From Octopus sinensis (lineage: Eukaryota): 64,000 bases of DNA. Under the pieces are notes generated by a model. That model did not search any database. It saw nothing but the letters and a program-made list of their open reading frames with translations, and was not told the origin of the DNA. This document shows positions 55,595 to 64,000 of the stretch, piece after piece. The stretch spans positions 71,238,001-71,302,000 of the forward strand of contig NC_042997.1 in the NCBI RefSeq assembly GCF_006345805.1, in the 5' to 3' direction. Position numbers and translations under genes: made by a program. Numbering within the stretch: position 1 is the stretch's first letter; each line of letters begins with the position of its first letter.

Positions 55595-55680
55595 AATAAG
55601 GTAGAAAATGAAATACATTTTGTTATGGTTAGTACCGGTTTCTGTCTCTTCGATATCTTTTTTCAATTTTGTCGCCTATA
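55595..55680 (-). mobile_element. Penelope pLTR 3' tip (same family as 280-482) with a decayed hammerhead
   Basis: TTGAAAA..GAGAC-A-GAAACCGGTACT, followed by cattttctaccttatttt and (TA)n. Confidence 0.5.
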
Positions 55681-56156
55681 CTTATTAATACATGCAATAA
55701 AACATGAATATGTAACAGTGTGCGAGTATACAGAAACAAAGTTATATACGAGAGCAAGAGTTGGGAGTAAATACATTACAGAATATATAAAGTAAGTTGC
55801 CTCGAGCTGACAGTCCATTACGCAGAAATCTATTTTTCTTTCAATAAGATTTAAACTAAATGAGAATTCTCCACCACATTAATGAAAGAAACGTCATCAC
55901 ATCGTAGATTTAACTTCAGGTATCGCTCGCATTCATTTCAGCAGTATAGGATATCATAAAGTAAAGCACCTTATTTAAGAACAAATGCGCTGACCTGATT
56001 GAAATCAAACCCACGATTCAACGCTCGTCAGCTCAGTATGAAACCACTACACTACAATTTCAGTTACATATAACAATTTGTTTCTATGTTTTAGAAAATT
56101 TCTCGAAATAAATGAATATATGTGTGTTCAAATATATTTTTAAAATAAAGTATATA

Positions 56157-56988
56157 CTAGATGGTATCAAAAAATTATTGGACTAGTTCTGTAGTGCGCC
56201 AATAGATGGCAGCACACGGTTCTGTGCGCAGTGAGAGCTAGAAGTAATCTTATGTGGCAGTGTGCCGAGTGACATTACGGTGCTTATTTCGCAAGTTGTG
56301 AAAGTTGTATTTTTGTAATCATGTGTATGCTGTAATTTGCGATTTTGCTATGGACAAGAGCAAGTAGCCAATGTGAAATTTTGCCTTAAACTTAAGAAAT
56401 TTGCTACAGAGGCATTGAGCATGGTTCGGCAAGCTTATGGCGAAGAAGCAATGGATCGTACGCAATGTTTCGAGTGACACGGGCGCTACAAAAGTCGAAG
56501 AACGTCCCCGGAAGACGATGAGCGATCTGGAAGACCTGCCATGAGCAACACACCAGGAAATGTGGTGTTGTGCATCGAGAATTCGTCCCCCAGGGTCTGG
56601 CCGTCAGTTACGATTTCTACAGTAGAGAGTTTTACGTGTTGAAGCATTTGAAGGAGTGGAGCGCAAAGAATTGGATTCTTCACCGAGCTCTCCTCACACG
56701 TAAGTTTCCCGCCAAAAATAACATGGTATCACTTTCACACCCACCCTATTCGTCAGCTCAAAGGTCACTTTTTTAACATCGTTGTTGAAATCCAGAACGA
56801 ATCGCTGAAGGTCCTCTACTCGATTATGGAAAACGACTTCCAGGCCGGATTCCAAAAGTGGCAAGAACATCGGGACCTGTGTATTACTGCGTAAGGTGGC
56901 TATTTTGAAGGAGATAATGTTAAAACTTAGGTATATAAGATAATTTTAGTAAACAAAACTAGTCCGGGAAACCTTTGATACCACCTCG
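56157..56988 (+). mobile_element. Mariner (DD34D-type) element, internally deleted
   Basis: ~31-bp imperfect TIRs (ctagatggtatcaaa..ggactagtt and aactagtcc..tttgataccacctcg) with a 5' TA. Translates to NVKFCLKL, EDDERSGRP, HREFVPQG, HPPYS and GYFEGD. Confidence 0.92.
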
Positions 56989-57784
56989 GAAACAATGAAA
57001 ATGCTAATCAAATCATTTTAGTAGTGATATTAAAGACAGAGAAAAGGATAGCGATTGGAGTGCGTCTGTGAGAGACTTTATACTAATCAGTCAGATGACC
57101 CATTCTGGGTGTATGTGCATCAACTTTGGGGTTCGCCTGAGCTTTATAGAGTTACATTAAGTGTTAGGGTATGAAATATCTTCTGTTCCTACACAGAAGG
57201 ATAATTGATTTGGATTTGGTCCTAGATATGTGAAGGTCATGTAATCTTTAAGATAATGAAACTCAATAACTGAAGTGGTTTTGAACGCTCCAGCGGAATT
57301 CCGGCAAGTCGTGCAATTAAGTTCCTTTGATATGAATGTTATTTGTGCTGAGGATTGTTATGGTGGAATAAATGCTTGAGATTAACTGCTACTGGATATG
57401 TTAGCAAGTAAGTCATTCATGTCTAAAATGAAGAGTACTGTACCCCTTACCGCTATAGCTATAGCATTATACAAACAAGCGAAAGTTTACCAAATATGAT
57501 ATATAAAATAATCTAAAATTGATGCTGTTTTTGTACCTCAAAGTAAATGTGAAGCGTCTACAATTGGCATTTAAGTATAATGAACCAAAACACATTTTTG
57601 CAATAGTCTTTTGAAACAGAATTTAGTATTTTAACGTATAAGCAGGTACCGAGAAATGCGAAATTAAAGGATTTTGCTGAATTCGAGATGCATGTGTGTG
57701 CTTATGTTCAGGTTGAAGCCATTGTTTATTTTTGGCCGGGTTTGTAAGTTGTATTTATTCTTAAGTAATATTATGACTTGGAAA

Positions 57785-58003
57785 AGGCAGCGAGCTAGCA
57801 GAATCATTAGCACGCCGGGCAAAATGCTTAACGGCATTTCGTCCGTCTTTATGCTCTGAGTTCAAATTCCACCGAGGCTGACTTCGCCTTTCATCCTTTT
57901 GTAGTCGATAAAATAAGTACCACTTGTGCACTAGAGTCGATGTAATCGACTTACCCGCTTCCCCGAAACTTCTGACTTTGTGCCAAAATTTGAAATCAAT
58001 ATT
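57785..58003 (+). mobile_element. SINE family A monomer
   Basis: Full head plus a single core. Confidence 0.92.
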
Positions 58004-59093
58004 TTCATATGCACTGTGAGATGTGCTTCTTTGATCCATCGATAGTATTTTCTTCAATATTCGTATTATGGAATTTATGTTGGTGGCTGAGGAATTATGT
58101 TAACTGCTATTCTGTCACTTGGTGAAAAGGGGTAAATGAACATTTAGATTTGTTTATTGGTTTTTGAGCACGCTGTGATGAGCAGGTGGTTGGAGAAGAA
58201 TTAAAGAAGAATTGATTGTAGTATCTAGTTGTTAGTAAGCCATGTTCATCTTGGTTATCTTAGTTATAAGTGAAATTTTGTTTTAGTGCATTTATTATAC
58301 CACAGTATTTATTAGTGCATTTATTATACCTCTGTATTGTCTTTGCTCAAAACATTATCTTCAAATAACGGTCTTAAGGAACCACAGTAGCAACTGCAAA
58401 CAATATACCCGCACCACAATAGTATATAAAAATCACCAACACTATGAACTCATAAAAAAATGTGTCCACCTAATGTAGAACGTTTGCCTGTTAGTAGGAA
58501 AGTAGTCCAGAAATGAGATATCGGAGTCATAACACAGCGTTGGAACCTCAAAAACATTAGAGTCCAACAAAATCATCCACGTCAAACAGCTACAGTATGA
58601 TGGCTGTATTTTAATTGCAAGCATCACCAACTACTGACAAACAAATGAGAAAAGAAGCTTCAGAGTGGACTTAGCCCTGCACAACCTATACATAAATGGT
58701 AAGATAGATAGTCGTGGACGGTATATCTTAGGTCATATGGTTAATCATCAATAACACCAACAACAATATATTATACCAACAACCCAAAACTCAAAAATCT
58801 AAAATCTGATTTTTAAAAAATTTTATAAAGTCAAGTAAAAACAAAACCGAAGCATCACAGAAATCCATCAGGATACACTAGACAGAAACCCGCACACACA
58901 AACATACACATACACACTAATACAAACACATGCATCATATACAGGCACTCACACGCATAATACATATATATGCACATACATATACACGCATACGCGCATA
59001 CACAAATAGAGAGAGTAAGAAGGAAGACGAAAGGGAAAAAGAAGTGAGTATGTCTTATGTTTGTGGAGTGGTCTGCATGTATATGCATAATAC

Positions 59094-59131
<38 letters not shown>

Positions 59132-59142
59132 CATATATATAC

Positions 59143-59229
<87 letters not shown>

Positions 59230-59719
59230 GTGTATGTGCGTCTGTGTATGTATATGTATATGCAGGTATATGTTTGTGTATGTTTACTGACATTCTACAT
59301 TCTCAAAAAAAAAGTAAAAGAAAAAACAAAGAAAACAATTACCCAAAGGAGTTGTGGGTGGAAGCCAGTGAAGAATAATCTTAAGAAATATATTTAAAAG
59401 AAAAATAGCGAAAGAGAAAAACAAAACATTTAAGAAATATGATAAAAGAAAAATGAAAAGAAAAAAATGATAGGAAAACAAGAAACAAATATAAAACAAA
59501 ACTAAAAGGAAAAAAAAGAAGTCGATAAGAAAAACAGTCATGCAGTGACTGCCCGCAAGGGGGAGCTGTTAGACACCCATAGTGTTCTCATCGTTTCTTC
59601 AAGAACGGCCTGATGCCAGGTTTTCAGCAGAAACTTTCTCTGGTGATGAGTGTTATTCATGACGAAACTATTCTAACAGCTGTCATAACAGTTTTTCTTT
59701 TCTTTCTCCCTTTCGTACT

Positions 59720-59720
59720 C

Positions 59721-59768
<48 letters not shown>

Positions 59769-59970
59769 GTCTGTCACGTTTCTCTCTCTCTCTTTCACAC
59801 TTATTCTCCCTTCCTCTCTACCGCTCTTATTCTCTCTCTTTTTTCTCTCTCTCTTTCTCTCTCTCACTCACTCTGTCTCTCCTGTTCCCTCTAAATTTAC
59901 TTCTCTTTCTCTCCTCTCAGTTTAAAATCTCTCTTCTCTCTAACTATGTACATGTCTCTTCCTCTTTCTC
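59720..59970. repeat. (CT)n-rich pyrimidine tract
   Basis: Directly visible. Confidence 0.9.
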
Positions 59971-60259
59971 CTCTCTTAACACAAGCGACAGATATATCTC
60001 CAATATAGTTCAAGGTGGTGATCGGAATGAGAACACTACATATACATATTTATGAGAAGTGCATTGTAAACACATACACATATACACGAGCATACACACA
60101 TGAACATACGCACGAAAAGACAAATCCAACAGGCTTAAATACACACACATGGACACGCACTCACACAAAAATATGCGTATGCAAGCATTACATTTTTATA
60201 TGTATATATGCGTCTATATATACACATATACGTATTCATATAGATAATTATATTTATGT

Positions 60260-60300
<41 letters not shown>

Positions 60301-62398
60301 TGTGTTTGTGTGTTATGACATAGAAATATGTAGATATATGTGTATGTGTGTATATATATATATACACATATGAGTTTCTATGTATGTATTAATGTATGTA
60401 TATATATGTAGATATATCATGCCCACGTATGTGTATGTGTGCTTTTGTATATAGACACGCGCGCGCACACACACACACATATTATTCTTACTAAATATTT
60501 ATAAATGTACACACACACGTGTGTGTATGATGTGTATGTATTTCTATTTGCATGCATGTGTGTGTATGTGTGTAAGCATTTATGTATATGTATATATAGT
60601 CCGTTATAGATAAAGCGTCGTGCCTTTAAGTTTAATATTTAGATAACTAGTAACAAAATAGGAGACAGTTGATAAAATCAGGACAAGTATAACGACTTCT
60701 GTCAGTCATGCTGGACAAAATATGTTGAAAGCAGCGCAACTCATTGGCATCCAAGTATTTATGGCCGACTGATTATGTAGTTAGCTTCAAAATCATGAGA
60801 TTTTGTGTCTTGACTATGGACTCGGGTCAACCCATGTCTTGTAACTGAAATTGAAGTAACAGAAATTGTGCCTGGATTGTACTTGTAATATCTTGTATCA
60901 CGCTGATTCCACGTTAGAATTATATAAATAGCTCACTAGCCATTGTAATACGTAACCATTCCATACTTTGGAATTCATTTAATGAAACAATTGTATATCT
61001 ATCGCAGAAACCACCAGGGTTATTCTGAAGCTCTACAAGGTATAGGCGCAGAAACATGATGAAGGAAACCGGCGGTAAAAACTAGAAAACCACGCTGTTT
61101 TATTTGTGGTAGCAACAGTTACTTGAAAGCTTTTATCAAGTGCCGTAGTGCACTTTGGCGGAGTTTTGGATCAGGACGCCCATATAAGTTGGATTTTCCC
61201 TGTTTTGACGGGATTTTTCCAATTTTTTTTACCACGGTCTTCGAAAAGATGCGGGGAAGATTGTTATGAAAAATAATTTTTGAAACCTTTACACCCACCT
61301 CCGGACCGATTTTGGCAAATTGTTTGGCACTTACGCACTTTAAAACGTTGGGAGAAGCCTTTTCGGTAAAAAAAAACTGAAAATATTTTCAAACGAAAAG
61401 GTCTGTACTTTAAGGGAGATTTAGCTGTTAGTACTTTCTATTAACACATTTTGTTTAGCTCAAGGACAGCCCATTGCTGGTGACAAGTTTTCTCAAATCT
61501 GAAAATTGTTCGTAACATTCACCTGAAGTAATACTATTAATTTTCAGGTTTCCTCAACTAGTAAAACTACATTACACTTATTAAAATTAATCTACATTCA
61601 CTTATATATTGTTTACGTCGCGCATATTTCTATTGAACCATTAACGGTGACGAATCGACAAATCAGTAAAGGAATGCATGCAGAGTAGAATATATATTTG
61701 ATGATTAGTTTTTCAATGATTATCTCTGACTATTGAAAAGGTTGCAAGACGCAACGAAAATTTTAGAAAAAATAAAGAAGTAAATGAGTGGAAACTGAAC
61801 CGGTGAGTGTGTTAAATAATAAGACACAAAAAGAGAATACTCTCCTCAGACACAACAAAATATGGTTTAATACACGAAAAAGAATCTTGCAAATCAAATC
61901 CCAACTCCCAAAATACTTAAAGATTTTTACTGCGTATTTGTTCAAGTGTTGTTTTAATACTGTCTCTTAATGTTACCGTTGAAATTCGCACACGAAAAGT
62001 TTTCATTAATTCGTACGCCTCTCTCTCTCTTCCTCCCTCTCTCTCTCTTTCTCTCCCCCCTCTCTCTCTCTCTTACTCTCTACGATTTATGATATCAAAA
62101 TTTTGATTTCAATTTCTAAATGTACAAACTATTGTGCGTGTGAATTAGGTTGTGCCTGTGCTTGTGGTTGTGGTAGTAATGGGGATGATGTTGAAATTGT
62201 TATTGAAGCTGTGGTTGGTGGGAGTGCTTGGGCATTGTTGCTCAAAGGCATCTCATTTGTTCGTATTTGCCAGTCTTTTGTGTTCGTGTTGGTGTGTCTT
62301 AGTTCCCTGCAACTTACATGCTGACAGAGAGAAAGGGAGCGAAAAGAGTGGGGGGAGAGATGTTTGACCGAATATAATTTGTAACTAAAAGGAACTCT

Positions 62399-62778
62399 GG
62401 CACTCCGTCGGTTACGAAGATAAGGGTTCCAGTTGATCCGATCAACGGAACAGCCTGCTCGTGAAATTAGCGTGCGAGTGACTGAGCACTCCTCAGACAC
62501 GTTTACCCTTAACGTAGCTCTCGGGGAGATTTAGCGTGACACAGAGTGTGACAAGTCTGGACCTTTAAAATGCAGGTACAACAGTAACAGAAAGAGAGAG
62601 TGAGAAACAGTTATGATGAAAGAGTACAGCAGGGTTCTCCACCGTTCCCTGCCTGAGCGTCGTGGAGCTTTAGGTGTTTTCGCTCAATAAACACTCACAA
62701 CGCCCGGTCTGGGAATCGAAACTGCGATCCTACGACCGCGAATCTGCTGCCCTAACCACTGTGCCATTGCGCCTCCAC
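62399..62778 (-). mobile_element. tRNA-derived SINE family C, full length (~380 bp)
   Basis: Head gtggaggcgcaatggcacagtggttagggcagc..gtttcgattcccagacc (A and B boxes) with a body ending cgtaaccgacggagtgcc. Confidence 0.9.
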
Positions 62779-62832
62779 AACAGGAACTCTACAAAACAAA
62801 ATAAAGAATTTTATCAATATATAATGTACTTA

Positions 62833-63232
62833 AGGCGGCGAGCTGGAAGAAACGTTAGCACGCCGGACGAAATGCGTAGCCGTATTTCGTCTGTCGTTAC
62901 GTTCTGAGTTCAAATTCCGCCGAGGTCCAATTTGCCTTTCATCCTTTCGGGGTCGATAAATTAAGTACCAGTTACGCACTGGGGTCGATGTAATCGACTT
63001 AATCCGTTTGTCTGTCCTTGTTTGTCTCCTCTGTGTTTAGCCCCTTATTGGTAGTAAAGAAATAGGTATTTCGTCTGCCGTTACGTTCTGAGTTCAAATT
63101 CCGTCGAGGTCGACTTTGCCTTTCATCCTTTCGGGGTCGATAAATTAAGTACTAGATGTATACTGTGGTCGATCTAATCGACTGGCCGCTTCCTCAAAAA
63201 TTTCGGGCTTTGTGCCTGGAGTAGAAAACAAT
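62833..63232 (+). mobile_element. SINE family A dimer, young
   Basis: Nearly identical in structure to 24731-25128. Confidence 0.95.
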
Positions 63233-63237
63233 AATTA

Positions 63238-63450
63238 GAGGCGGCAAGCTGGCAGAAACGTTAGCACGTCGGGCGAAGTGCTCAGCGGTATTTCGTTCGT
63301 CTTTACGATCTGAGTCCAAATTCTGCCGAGGTCGACTTTGCCTTTCCTCCTTTCGGGGTCGATAAATTAAATACCAGTACTGGGGTTGATGTAATCGGCT
63401 GGCCCCATCCCCCAAAATTTCGGGCCCTGTGCCTAGAGCATAAAAGAATA
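63238..63450 (+). mobile_element. SINE family A monomer in tandem after the dimer
   Basis: gaggcggcaagctggcagaaacgttagcacg head plus a single core. Confidence 0.93.
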
Positions 63451-64000
63451 TATAAAATGTACTAATTAGGAGGAGATAAATCAGTAAATATGTAAAACAT
63501 TTGTACGAGTACTCGTTTTGAGACACTCACAGATATAAATCGTGAAGTCTGGGATCGCAACTCACATAAGCAGTACATACAGATGTGTGTGCACGTTTAT
63601 TAAAAGGATGGGGGAGATATAGAGACTGTACGAGAATGTACGAGAATGAGTATAAGGATTGATAAAGAACGTAAGTGTAAGAAAAAATGCGGGTAGATGA
63701 TTGGGTGGGTAGGAATATTTCAATACATTATCTACGTGTCTGTTTGTTAACTTTCTGAGATTCTTATCTGACCTGCCGACCCTTTCAGCCGTTAAGTGAA
63801 AGAGCTGTAAATATGTTGACGCATTGGAAATGTTGCTCTTCTTGCTGTGGTTACTGCTGCTGCTGTTCATGTTGCTCTTGTTTACAGCTGGCTCACTTCC
63901 TTGGTATTTTCACTGCCCAGATATACGTGTATGAATGTGCAAGTGTGTATGTATATTCACACACACACACACACACATACACACACACACACACATAAAC

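Noticed and set aside
59640-59690. GTGATGA..GACGAAAC hammerhead-like or SECIS-like text
   Set aside because: C3 is missing, stems I and III do not form, and there is no downstream GA quartet for a SECIS.
61000-61440. Possible Kolobok/TTAA-type MITE ending ctgtactttaa
   Set aside because: I could not find the matching opposite terminus.

Overview
AT-rich eukaryotic, repeat-dominated non-genic or intronic DNA. It is most likely from an Octopus (coleoid cephalopod) genome; this is an inference from the very dense (TA)n/(TAA)n/(CA)n/(ATAG)n microsatellites and the tRNA-derived SINE families I recognise. I found no confidently identifiable host gene. Positions ~2.2-14.8 kb hold a nest of eight co-oriented (minus strand) truncated R4/Dong-clade LINEs (RT plus CCHC plus PD-(D/E)xK endonuclease), mostly separated by trinucleotide microsatellites dominated by (TAA)n. 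The rest carries L1/Tx1 remnants (one 5'-intact, internally inverted, and fused to a Penelope RT), two Penelope-like elements (one with a long open RT/GIY-YIG frame), two internally deleted Tc1/mariner elements, hAT, CR1-group and Ginger-like relics, and many SINEs. The most interesting signals are RNA-level. There is a canonical minimal type I hammerhead ribozyme at 16641-16701. A decayed hammerhead sits between ~180-bp direct repeats with 340-bp periodicity at 12331-12852, which is a retrozyme-like layout. U3-A8 variant hammerheads lie at Penelope 3' ends next to (TA)n. All calls come from manual reading and translation; boundaries are approximate and no database searches were run.
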